Under the pieces are notes generated by a model. The model was not told the origin of the DNA. It ran no database searches and worked only from the letters and a program-made list of their open reading frames with translations. DNA of 64,000 nucleotides, from contig CASFNB010000003.1 in NCBI GenBank assembly GCA_949295915.1, positions 8,926 to 72,925 of the forward strand, written 5' to 3'. Numbering within the stretch: the first letter of the stretch is position 1; each line of letters begins with the position of its first letter. A program made the position numbers and the translations under genes. This document shows, in pieces, positions 19,026 to 28,167 of this stretch. Source of the stretch: an uncultured Pseudomonadota bacterium. Its GTDB lineage: Bacteria > Pseudomonadota > Alphaproteobacteria > RF32 > CAG-239.

Positions 19026-19078
19026 CTTTATTTCCTCTAAAAAAGCTCTGATTTTTATATCAGAGCTTTTGCTTTTTT

Positions 19079-19525
19079 TTAGTAAGGTCTTTTATTGGTA
19101 TCAGCATACCAATCATCCATCACACCACGCGCGGTTTTTAAATCTATATGATGCAAATTTATGACATCTTCGTCATAAAAGACTCTATCTCTGAAGCCAA
19201 TGGCATCGGCATCATCACGGGTAGCAGCATAATAAACCTCGGTAATGTTCGCCCATTTGGCTGAGTTCAAACACATCGGGCAAGGCTCACATGATGTGTA
19301 AAGCACGCAACCACTTAAATCAAAAGTGCCCAATTCTTTGCAGGCTTTTCGAATGCAGTTGACTTCGGCATGTGCTGTCGGGTCATTATCTATCACCACG
19401 GTATTATGTGCTTTGGCAATAATCTTACCTTCTCTTACAATTACGGCTCCAAACGGCGAACTTCCGCTCTCAATTGACAATTTGCTCTCATCAATAGCTG
19501 CTTGCAAAAATTCTTTATCGGTCAT
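19079..19525 (-). CDS. guaD: Guanine deaminase (CDA-fold nucleoside deaminase)
   Basis: PFGAVIV, DPTAHAEV, TFDLSGCVLYTSCEPCPMC, DADAIGFRD. Confidence 0.85.
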   Translation of the reverse strand: MTDKEFLQAAIDESKLSIESGSSPFGAVIVREGKIIAKAHNTVVIDNDPTAHAEVNCIRKACKELGTFDLSGCVLYTSCEPCPMCLNSAKWANITEVYYAATRDDADAIGFRDRVFYDEDVINLHHIDLKTARGVMDDWYADTNKRPY

Positions 19526-19556
19526 TTTTCCTCTCTTCTCATAAAAAAAGCTTCCT

Positions 19557-19973
19557 TTAAGAAGCTTTTTTTATTTTGTTTAATGTTTGGGCTAAATCTT
19601 CTTTCATAACTCTGAGTTCAGTTATTAAACCCGTTATAAATTCACGGCTTTGCAAATCTAACTTAACATCGGGAATCACCTCATCAAAAAAGTCTTTCTG
19701 GATTTCTTCTCCCAAAATGTTTTTTAAGCCTTTTTCCTTAAAAACTTTTTGCACTCCTTCTATGGTGTAACGTTTATTATACAAAAAGTCTTTAATTGTT
19801 TTGACAATCTCAACATCATCCGGACGGTAGTATCTACGTCCACCGTTTCTTTTCATCGGCTTAATTTGCGGAAACTTTGTTTCCCAAAAGCGAAGCACAT
19901 GCGTTGCCACTCCTAGCTCTTCAGCAACTTCGGCAATGGTTCGAAAAGCGGCTTTGCTTTTGTTTACAGCCAT
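19557..19973 (-). CDS. MerR-family HTH protein (conserved alphaproteobacterial ihfA neighbour)
   Basis: [34 protein letters not shown]. Confidence 0.92.
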   Translation of the reverse strand: MAVNKSKAAFRTIAEVAEELGVATHVLRFWETKFPQIKPMKRNGGRRYYRPDDVEIVKTIKDFLYNKRYTIEGVQKVFKEKGLKNILGEEIQKDFFDEVIPDVKLDLQSREFITGLITELRVMKEDLAQTLNKIKKAS

Positions 19974-19988
19974 TAATCTTCCCCTTTA

Positions 19989-20273
19989 TTAGGCGTTGAT
20001 AATTTTTCTCATGGTTTGAGAAGGTTTAAACGAAATGACACGGCGTGAAGAAATAACAGCTTCTACTCCGGTCTTTGGATTGCGACCGGCACGGGCTTTC
20101 TTATCTCTTAAAGAAAATGTGCCGAAAGAAGATAATTTTACTTCATTACCGTTGCTCAGCTCATTAACGATTTCATCCAAAATCATATCCAAAACATCAG
20201 TAGAGTCTTTACGGGACAAACCGATTTCTTCATAAATGGTTTCTGCAACATCTGCACGTGTAATTGTTTTCAT
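19989..20273 (-). CDS. ihfA: Integration host factor alpha
   Basis: TITRAD, VKLSSFGTF, GRNPKTG..VISFKPS; start at ATG 20273. Confidence 0.95.
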   Translation of the reverse strand: MKTITRADVAETIYEEIGLSRKDSTDVLDMILDEIVNELSNGNEVKLSSFGTFSLRDKKARAGRNPKTGVEAVISSRRVISFKPSQTMRKIINA

Positions 20274-20373
20274 ATTTATCTTCCTTTTATTAATTTTTTC
20301 GTTGCAAACAAATATCTTATTTTTTTTACTCTGACAAGTCTTTAATGTCAACTTATCCTATGTATATTTTCTT

Positions 20374-21354
20374 TTATATACGGACCAAAGCTCCGCCCCA
20401 TGTAAAACCGGCCCCCATTGCATTTAAGACAACCAAATCGCCTTTTTTGATGGTACCGTCTGTCATTTTTTCTGACAAAGCCAATGGGATAGTTGCAGCA
20501 GAAGTATTGGCTTGGTGATCAATCGTTACAATCACTTTTTCTTCGGGCAAACCTAATTTTTGACCAACTCCGGAGATAATACGAACATTGGCTTGGTGTG
20601 GTACCAACCAATCAATGTCTTCCGCACTTACACCGCCCATTTTCATAACTTCTTCAGCGGCCTCTGTTAAGCTATTAATAGCATATTTGAAAACTTCTTT
20701 ACCATTCATCCAAATATAGCCGGCTGTTTGCGTGGTAGAAACGCCTCCCGTACAAAGTAAATTTTCAAATTGCGTGCCGTCTGCATAAATTTTGGTTGCT
20801 AAAATTCCGGTATCTTCAGATGTTCCTTTTCCTTCTTTAGCTCGTAAAATAACCGCTCCTGCTCCATCACCAAATAGAACGCAAGTGTTTCTATCCGTCC
20901 AATCGGTAATTTTTGATAACGTCTCGGCACTTACAACCAAAACAGTTTTCATCTGACCTAAACGAATCATATTATCTGCCATGGTCAAGGCATAGACAAA
21001 GCCTGAGCATGCTGCGGAAATATCCATTGCGGCGGCACCGATACGCATGCCTAATTTGGCGGCTATTTTGGCAGAAGTAGCCGGAGTGGTATTATCCGGT
21101 GTTACGGTTGCCAAAACAACGGCATCTATCTCTTCGGCCGTAATTCCGGCTGTGCGAATTGCCATTTGAGCTGCTTTTAATGCTAGATCTGATGTATATT
21201 CATCTTTTTCGGCAACGTGACGACTCTTGATACCGGTACGTGTGCTAATCCATTCGTCATTGGTATCAACAATTTTTGCCAAATCATCATTAGTTAATTC
21301 TTTGGTCGGGAGATAATGTCCGTGCCCAATAATTTCTGATCTAATACATGTCAT
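20374..21354 (-). CDS. fabH: 3-oxoacyl-ACP synthase III
   Basis: AACSGF, DRNTCVLFGDGAGA, PHQANVRII, NTSAATIP. Confidence 0.97.
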   Translation of the reverse strand: MTCIRSEIIGHGHYLPTKELTNDDLAKIVDTNDEWISTRTGIKSRHVAEKDEYTSDLALKAAQMAIRTAGITAEEIDAVVLATVTPDNTTPATSAKIAAKLGMRIGAAAMDISAACSGFVYALTMADNMIRLGQMKTVLVVSAETLSKITDWTDRNTCVLFGDGAGAVILRAKEGKGTSEDTGILATKIYADGTQFENLLCTGGVSTTQTAGYIWMNGKEVFKYAINSLTEAAEEVMKMGGVSAEDIDWLVPHQANVRIISGVGQKLGLPEEKVIVTIDHQANTSAATIPLALSEKMTDGTIKKGDLVVLNAMGAGFTWGGALVRI

Positions 21355-22402
21355 ATAATATTTCCTGTGATAATTCGTCTAAATCTACTTTTTCAATTTC
21401 AGACTTGATGGTTGAAACAAAGTTCTGTCTGACCAAATTGGCGGCATTGTTAACGGCAACAGAAAAGCCCAAAGCATCTGTCCCGCCATGGCTTTTTACC
21501 GTTAAGCCATTCAGGCCGACCATCATGGCTCCGTTATACAAACGAGGATCCATTGTCTTCTTAACACGGAGCATAACACCTAACATAAACGGCAAGCCAA
21601 GCTTGGCTAAAAGCGAATGTTTTATCGAATCTTTTAACAATCTGACAACAAGCTTTGCCGTTCCCTCAACCGACTTCAAAGCAATATTACCGGTAAAACC
21701 ATCTGCAACTATGACATCTGCCATGCCGTTTGACATTTCATGCGGCTCTATATAACCGATAAAATCGATGTTCATATGTGAATGTTTGATAATTTTTGCT
21801 GCCTGACGAATCTCTTCTTTTCCCTTCATTTCTTCAGCTCCGATATTGAGCAATGCAACGCGCGGTTTTTCAAGATTCAACGTATGCCGTGCCAAAATAT
21901 CTCCCATTAGAGCAAACTCTGCTAAATTAATTGCATCACACTCGGTATTAGCGCCCAAATCCAACATAACATATTTGCCGTTGCGATGCGGCATAATGCT
22001 CACTATCGCCGGGCGATGGATTTTGGTAATGGTACGCAACACAATTTTGGAAATTGCCATCAGCGCGCCCGTATTACCAGCAGAAACTATGGCTTGAGCC
22101 TCTCCTTTGCGGACTGCATCAATTGCCATATACATACTGGTATTTTTGTTACGGATAACCTGAGACGGCTTATCTTCGTTATGAACCATCTCGGCACAGT
22201 GACGTACTTCACAGACCTTTTGGAGTGCGGGGAATTGAGTTAAAATCGGCGTTACTTTTGCTTCATCACCAAAAAGCATGAACCGAACATCGGGATTCTT
22301 TTTGGCTGCAATAGCAAGCCCTTCTATCACGACTCTGGGGGAATTATCTCCCCCCATTGCGTCTATTGATATGACCAGATTACTAGACAAAACCTGCTCC
22401 AT
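21341..22402 (-). CDS. plsX: Phosphate acyltransferase
   Basis: IDAMGGD, SAGNTGAL, DGFTGNIALK, KSHG. Confidence 0.97.
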   Translation of the reverse strand: MEQVLSSNLVISIDAMGGDNSPRVVIEGLAIAAKKNPDVRFMLFGDEAKVTPILTQFPALQKVCEVRHCAEMVHNEDKPSQVIRNKNTSMYMAIDAVRKGEAQAIVSAGNTGALMAISKIVLRTITKIHRPAIVSIMPHRNGKYVMLDLGANTECDAINLAEFALMGDILARHTLNLEKPRVALLNIGAEEMKGKEEIRQAAKIIKHSHMNIDFIGYIEPHEMSNGMADVIVADGFTGNIALKSVEGTAKLVVRLLKDSIKHSLLAKLGLPFMLGVMLRVKKTMDPRLYNGAMMVGLNGLTVKSHGGTDALGFSVAVNNAANLVRQNFVSTIKSEIEKVDLDELSQEILYDMY

Positions 22403-22465
22403 ATAGATATTTTAGACATTTATACTTCTTTAAAACAAAAGATTTAATAAATGTCTTGATTTTTA

Positions 22466-22657
22466 TTATTCTTCAGTAGCTGTTTTTTTTGCAACAACTT
22501 CACGACCATCATATTGACCGCAAGACGGGCAAACACTGTGAGGTCTTTTTAACTCGCCACAATTCGGGCATTCCATGTATGAATTGGGTTTCAAAGCATC
22601 ATGTGAACGACGCATGTTGCGACGAGAAGGTGTTGTTTTCTTCTTTGGTGTAGCCAT
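22466..22657 (-). CDS. rpmF: 50S ribosomal protein L32 (Zn-ribbon form)
   Basis: [26 protein letters not shown]. Confidence 0.97.
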   Translation of the reverse strand: MATPKKKTTPSRRNMRRSHDALKPNSYMECPNCGELKRPHSVCPSCGQYDGREVVAKKTATEE

Positions 22658-22849
22658 TTTCTTATACTCTTATTCTATTACACTTAAAATTAATACACTT
22701 TCACAGCCATTAATAAACCATTTAGTTTTTTAAATCAACTAATAAAAACGGCTTTATGAACTGAATGACGTTTTATATAATATTTTTGCTTTTGGCAAGT
22801 CTTTTTTATTATATTTTACTCTTTTATTCGGTTTTTCCGTCATTTAATC

Positions 22850-23368
22850 TTATTTTTTTAGTTTTTTTAACACATTGAACGGATTATTTGCCTCGGTTGT
22901 CTCTTCATCAAACTCCGAAACAAAGTGAAATTCCTCTCCTTCTTTGCGCGGATTATCATCCATCACCAAAGCTACTTGCTCTATGGCTATCTGACATAAA
23001 TCTATTTTTCCGTTATCGAGCAAATATGGCTCATCGTCATAAATATCAAAGTCAAAATCTTTCAAATCTTGCGGAGTGGCTTGCGTATCAAAATAAATGG
23101 AAAACTCCGGTGAATAAGTCTTATAAAAATTTTCCAAACTGATGACACTTTTGAGTTCAAACTCGGCATCAACCTTGCCCCAAACGTCCAACCGATGTTC
23201 TTTTTTCTTATATTTCAAAAATATTTCGGCAGCAAAAGAACGTACGCTTTCTACTTTGAAAACCTCTTTTAAATAGTTTAATTCTTCTTCATCTGCATGA
23301 AGATGATATTTTTTCTCCGATGCTGTAAGTTCATCAACTATCAAAGGATAAGAAAAAAGATTTTGCAT
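22850..23368 (-). CDS. DUF177/YceD family protein
   Basis: IDL..IAIEQVAL.MD.NPRK..NPFNVLKKLK; upstream of rpmF. Confidence 0.88.
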   Translation of the reverse strand: MQNLFSYPLIVDELTASEKKYHLHADEEELNYLKEVFKVESVRSFAAEIFLKYKKKEHRLDVWGKVDAEFELKSVISLENFYKTYSPEFSIYFDTQATPQDLKDFDFDIYDDEPYLLDNGKIDLCQIAIEQVALVMDDNPRKEGEEFHFVSEFDEETTEANNPFNVLKKLKK

Positions 23369-23431
23369 TAATTTTTTCCCTGTGTTATAAATTCTACTAA
23401 ACTTTTACGATATAATAGCAAGGATGATGAG

Positions 23432-23893
23432 ATGTCAATAAACAAAATATTTGTTTTGAGTGTGTTTTTTGCCGCTTTACTTTCGGCTTGCTCCAGTGAT
23501 ATGTTTTTAACTCATAACGGAAATATGCCCTCCAATGAACGCATATCTCAGCTCAAACTCGGTGACACTAAAGAACAAGTGGTCAGAACCCTCGGTGCGC
23601 CTTCTTCCGTGGTTTCTTTTGACAAGAACACGTGGATTTATATGTCTTCTTCCATAAAACGTGTGGCTTTTATGGAGCCTAAAGAAGTCAGCCGCGATAT
23701 CTTGACTATTGAGTTTAACAACGAAGGGCGAATTTCTAATATTGAACGCTTGACAAAAGCCGACGGAAAAGAAATTGCGGTTAGCACCGATGCCACAAAA
23801 GCGCAAGGTCATGATCAAGGTTTCTTTGAAAAATATTTCGGCGGTGTTGGTGGATATTCACCCTTCCCCGTGGTTGATCCAAGAGAATTATAA
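23432..23893 (+). CDS. bamE: Outer membrane assembly lipoprotein BamE
   Basis: Lipobox LSAC, TKEQVVRTLGAPS, WIY; followed by a terminator at 23899-23923. Confidence 0.9.
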   Translation: MSINKIFVLSVFFAALLSACSSDMFLTHNGNMPSNERISQLKLGDTKEQVVRTLGAPSSVVSFDKNTWIYMSSSIKRVAFMEPKEVSRDILTIEFNNEGRISNIERLTKADGKEIAVSTDATKAQGHDQGFFEKYFGGVGGYSPFPVVDPREL

Positions 23894-23928
23894 AATTTAA
23901 GGCTCCCTCTCGGAGCCTTTTTTATTAC

Positions 23929-24600
23929 TTATAACCCAACATCCGGTTCAACACCTTGCTCTCTTAAAATTTGCAAAAGCTCAGCTAAATATATCTTTTC
24001 ATTATAGGCCATAAAACCGTCACCTATACATATTTTAACTGCTGCTTGCATTAATTCTTCCGCTTCTTCCGGTGTTTTTTTACTTAAATTTTCTGCTGCT
24101 TCATAAAACTCTTCCGTCGTCGGATGTAAGGATTTCAGGCAGCTTTCAATATAATTTTGACTTAAACTCTGCGGTTGCGGATGATGTTGCTCTATATATT
24201 GCAATATGGTTCTTTTCTTTATTTCGGAAAAATAATCTATACATTTTGCAATATACAATAAAATGATTATATCGTCTTTTAAAACTTCCAACAATTCCAA
24301 ATTAACCGGAATTTTTCGTGCCGGTCGTTCTCCCGTCGGAATTTGTTGTAATTTAAATTCATTATAATCTCTTAGCAAAACCGAGCAAGATGTATATAAC
24401 TTTTCGGTATTGAGGTTGATGATATCTTTGATATATGCCGAATCTATAACCTTGGAACTTTTATCGCGGTAGAAATATAAATTGAGCATGATGTTGCCAC
24501 CATGATCCCAAATATTTTTTAAGGCTACATTTTCTTCATGCACATCATCTCCTGATTTTATATGTGCCAAAAGATTATAGAACCTTACATTGTTCGTCAT
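23929..24600 (-). CDS. TerB-like domain protein
   Basis: C-terminal ELMQAAVKICIGDG...EKIYLAEL matches the TerB 'xDG..E' helix pair; starts immediately after the mfd stop. Confidence 0.6.
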   Translation of the reverse strand: MTNNVRFYNLLAHIKSGDDVHEENVALKNIWDHGGNIMLNLYFYRDKSSKVIDSAYIKDIINLNTEKLYTSCSVLLRDYNEFKLQQIPTGERPARKIPVNLELLEVLKDDIIILLYIAKCIDYFSEIKKRTILQYIEQHHPQPQSLSQNYIESCLKSLHPTTEEFYEAAENLSKKTPEEAEELMQAAVKICIGDGFMAYNEKIYLAELLQILREQGVEPDVGL

Positions 24601-27600
24601 TTAGTCCTCAAGCAACTTATTGAGTTTGTTTACATAATTTTTTATAGTTTCTACGCGCTCTGCGTAACTGTCAAGATTTTTCTCTATAAACAACTTCTGG
24701 TCAGGGCGAATCTTTATGGCACCAAATTGACGAGCGACAAAATCTATCAATTTTTCGGGTTTGGCAAAGGTGTTGTTTCGCAAAGTAATCAAAATACCCT
24801 TAGCTCCGGCATCAATTTTTTCAATATTTGCCTTGCGGCAAAGTTGTTTTATTTCAACCGTCTTCAACAGGTTGTCCACCTCAACGGGCAATGGTCCGAA
24901 GCGGTCTATCAATTCTTCTCTGATATCATCCAAGCCTGATTTATCTTCAATATCACCAATGCGTTTATACAAGCCCAAACGAACCCCCAAATCTCTGACA
25001 TAGGTTTCGGGAATCATAATCGGGATACCGGTTGAAATTTGCGGGGTCCAATCGGTTATGGCGGCGCCGGTTGCCGCTTCTTTCTCCCCTTTTGTACCTT
25101 GAGTCTTAAGGCGCATAATTTCTTCTTCCAACATGTGTTGGTACAAAGCAATACCCACTTCTTTGATATGTCCGGATTGCTCCTCGCCCAAGATATTGCC
25201 CGAACCTCTGATATCCATATCATGGCTGGCCAAAGAGAATCCCGCACCCAAAGAATCGAGTGCCTGCAAAATGCTCAACCTTCTTTCGGCAATCGGTTTC
25301 AAAGCCTTTTGCTTGGGTACGGTAAAATAGCAATAGCCCCTCACCTTGCCGCGACCTATGCGCCCTTTGAGCTGATACAACTGCGCCAAGCCAAACATAT
25401 CTGCCCGATGGACAATCATGGTATTCACGCTCGGCATATCAATTCCGGATTCAATAATCGTGGTTGATAACAATAAATCCGCTTTTCTATCGGCAAAATC
25501 GTTCATCACAGTTTCAAGCTGTTTGACCGGCATTTGTCCATGCGCCACCAAAATTTTGACATCCGGCACCAGTTCTCGCAATTCTTTTTCAACACCGAAA
25601 ATATCCGATACCCTCGGACAAACAAAGAAGGTTTGACCATGGCGGAATTTTTCACGATAGATTGCCTCTTTTATCATCACCTTATCAAAAGGCATGACGA
25701 ATGTACGCGCCGCCAATCTATCTACCGGCGGGGTAGCAATCAAGCTCAACTGCTTAACCCCTGTCAAAGAAAGTTGCAAGGTTCTCGGAATCGGGGTTGC
25801 GGTCATGGTTAAAACGTGAACATCAGACTTAATTGATTTTAACTTCTCTTTATGAGCCACGCCAAAATGCTGCTCCTCATCAATAATCAGCAAACCTAAA
25901 TTGCAGAATTTGATATCTTTGGCAAGCAAAGCATGGGTGCCGATAACAATCTCAACCGAGCCATCTTCCAAACCTTTTTTGGTTTCGGCGGCTTCTTTCG
26001 GGGTGACCAAACGGGAGAGCATTCTTACTCTTATCGGAAAGCCCTCCATGCGTTTTTTAAAGTTCATGTAGTGCTGACGGGCAAGCAAGGTTGTCGGCAC
26101 AATCAAAGCCACTTGCGCCCCGTTGGCGGCAACGGCAAAGGCGGCTCTCAAAGCGACTTCGGTTTTGCCGAATCCGACATCGCCGCAGACCAATCTATCC
26201 ATCGGCACGGTATCTGCCAAATCTTGCAAAACATCACTAATGGCATTCAACTGGTCATCGGTTTCAGAATATGGAAAACGAGAGCAAAATTCATCATACA
26301 TACCTTGCGGCGCTATAAAGCTATCGGCTTTTTTCAAATGACGTTCGGCGGCAATTTTAATCAGCTTTTCGGCAATATCTTTAATGCGCTGTTTAACTTT
26401 GGCTTTTTTCGCCTGCCATGCCAAACCGCCCAAAGTGTCGAGCTGGATATTATCGTCATCCAAGCCGTAGCGCGACAAAACATCAATATTTTCAACCGGA
26501 ACAAATAGTTTGGCATCATTGGCATATAAAATCTTCAAACAATCGTGCGGAGCTCCGCCTGCGGTGATATTCTCAAGCCCCATAAATTTACCGATACCGT
26601 GTTCAATATGAACTACCAATTCGCCAACGCTCAAAGAGCCGACATCGGCAATAAAATCTTTAGATGATGCTTTTTTCTTGGTGGCACGGTGTTGCCGTTC
26701 TCCCAAAACATCTTGCTCGGAAACAAAGCACAAACCATCGCCTCTGAAACCATGCGGCAGATTCAAAACCACCATGGCTGTGCGTTTATTTTCCGGATGA
26801 TTGGCATCTTTCCAGCTCTCGGCAAAATATAAATTTTCAATGCCGTGCTCGTGCATCAGCGTAAACAGTCTATCACGAGAACCTTCGGAATAACAACAAA
26901 TTACACGGCGAAGTTTATTATTTTCTTTAAGATATTCATCTAGCTCTTTATACACTTCCTGCAGGTTGACGTTTTTGGCTTGCGCAAAACTACGCCCCGG
27001 CAAGACACCGGCGCTTATCACATCTTCTTTTTCCGCCAAAGTCATGGAGGTGAAATAAACGGCTTCTTTTTTCTTGAAAATATCGGTGATTTCTTTTTCG
27101 GTCAGATACAATAACTCAGGCGCAATCGGGCGGTAAATATCCACCTCGTTGACGGACTTGACGTTCAAAGCCTCTAAACGCGCTTGATAATAATCGGCAA
27201 TGCTTTCGCATTTGGACTTAACCGCTTCCAAAACATTGCGACCGACAATCACTTTGGCCTGCGGCAGATAGGCAAAAATATCGGGCAAAGCTTCTTCATA
27301 GAAAAACGGCAACCAGTTTTCCATACCCAGATGTTTTACGCCGTTACTAATGTCGGCGTAAATTTCATCATCTTTGAATGCTGCACCGAAAGCCTCGCGA
27401 TATTTGGTACGGAAAGACTTGATGGTGTTTTCATCCAGCGTAACCTCGCCCATCACCTGAAAAGTATAATGGCTCAATTCCCCCGTGGTGCGTTGGGTCA
27501 TGGCATCAAATGTGCGGATACGCTCAACCTCGTCATCAAACATATCAATACGTAGCGGCTCATCGGTACCGACCGGAAAGATATCGATAATATCCCCTCG

Positions 27601-28089
27601 AACAGCATATTCTCCGGGTTCAATCACCTGTTCCACACGGTTATAGCCATTGATGGCGGCATAATGCACAAAGTCATTAAAACTCAGTTTATTGCCGACT
27701 TTGACTTGTCTTATGGCGTTTAAGAAAATTTTTTGCGGCGGCAATTTTTGCAAGACCGAACCGACACTGGCCAATATCACACGCGACTTTTTGGGCTGGG
27801 GATTGCTGACAATGGCCGTCAGCGTTTCTATTCTTTGGGCAACGATATTGATGTTGGGTGAAACTCTGTCATAAGGCACGGTATCCCATGACGGCAGGAG
27901 CAGAACCTCCAAATCGGGGTTGAGCCAGCGCAACATGTCGGCGGCGCGCTCCATGGAAATGCCGTCGCTCAAAATGTATAAAATATCTTGCTTTTTCTTT
28001 TGGCTCAACTCTCCCGCCAGAACGGCGTCGTATCCATCCGGCACGGAAGAAATGATTTTGCCCTTTATTTTATCAATATCATCAATCAT
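24601..28089 (-). CDS. mfd: Transcription-repair coupling factor
   Basis: LPSWDTVPYD, CGDVGFGKTE, IDEEQHFG, TATPIPRT, C-terminal TRCF domain. Confidence 0.98.
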   Translation of the reverse strand: MIDDIDKIKGKIISSVPDGYDAVLAGELSQKKKQDILYILSDGISMERAADMLRWLNPDLEVLLLPSWDTVPYDRVSPNINIVAQRIETLTAIVSNPQPKKSRVILASVGSVLQKLPPQKIFLNAIRQVKVGNKLSFNDFVHYAAINGYNRVEQVIEPGEYAVRGDIIDIFPVGTDEPLRIDMFDDEVERIRTFDAMTQRTTGELSHYTFQVMGEVTLDENTIKSFRTKYREAFGAAFKDDEIYADISNGVKHLGMENWLPFFYEEALPDIFAYLPQAKVIVGRNVLEAVKSKCESIADYYQARLEALNVKSVNEVDIYRPIAPELLYLTEKEITDIFKKKEAVYFTSMTLAEKEDVISAGVLPGRSFAQAKNVNLQEVYKELDEYLKENNKLRRVICCYSEGSRDRLFTLMHEHGIENLYFAESWKDANHPENKRTAMVVLNLPHGFRGDGLCFVSEQDVLGERQHRATKKKASSKDFIADVGSLSVGELVVHIEHGIGKFMGLENITAGGAPHDCLKILYANDAKLFVPVENIDVLSRYGLDDDNIQLDTLGGLAWQAKKAKVKQRIKDIAEKLIKIAAERHLKKADSFIAPQGMYDEFCSRFPYSETDDQLNAISDVLQDLADTVPMDRLVCGDVGFGKTEVALRAAFAVAANGAQVALIVPTTLLARQHYMNFKKRMEGFPIRVRMLSRLVTPKEAAETKKGLEDGSVEIVIGTHALLAKDIKFCNLGLLIIDEEQHFGVAHKEKLKSIKSDVHVLTMTATPIPRTLQLSLTGVKQLSLIATPPVDRLAARTFVMPFDKVMIKEAIYREKFRHGQTFFVCPRVSDIFGVEKELRELVPDVKILVAHGQMPVKQLETVMNDFADRKADLLLSTTIIESGIDMPSVNTMIVHRADMFGLAQLYQLKGRIGRGKVRGYCYFTVPKQKALKPIAERRLSILQALDSLGAGFSLASHDMDIRGSGNILGEEQSGHIKEVGIALYQHMLEEEIMRLKTQGTKGEKEAATGAAITDWTPQISTGIPIMIPETYVRDLGVRLGLYKRIGDIEDKSGLDDIREELIDRFGPLPVEVDNLLKTVEIKQLCRKANIEKIDAGAKGILITLRNNTFAKPEKLIDFVARQFGAIKIRPDQKLFIEKNLDSYAERVETIKNYVNKLNKLLED

Positions 28090-28167
28090 TTTTTTTCATT
28101 TACTTAAACGAATAAACTATATACAATATGCCCATAAGTGCAACCATTTTTTTGAAAAAAAAACACC

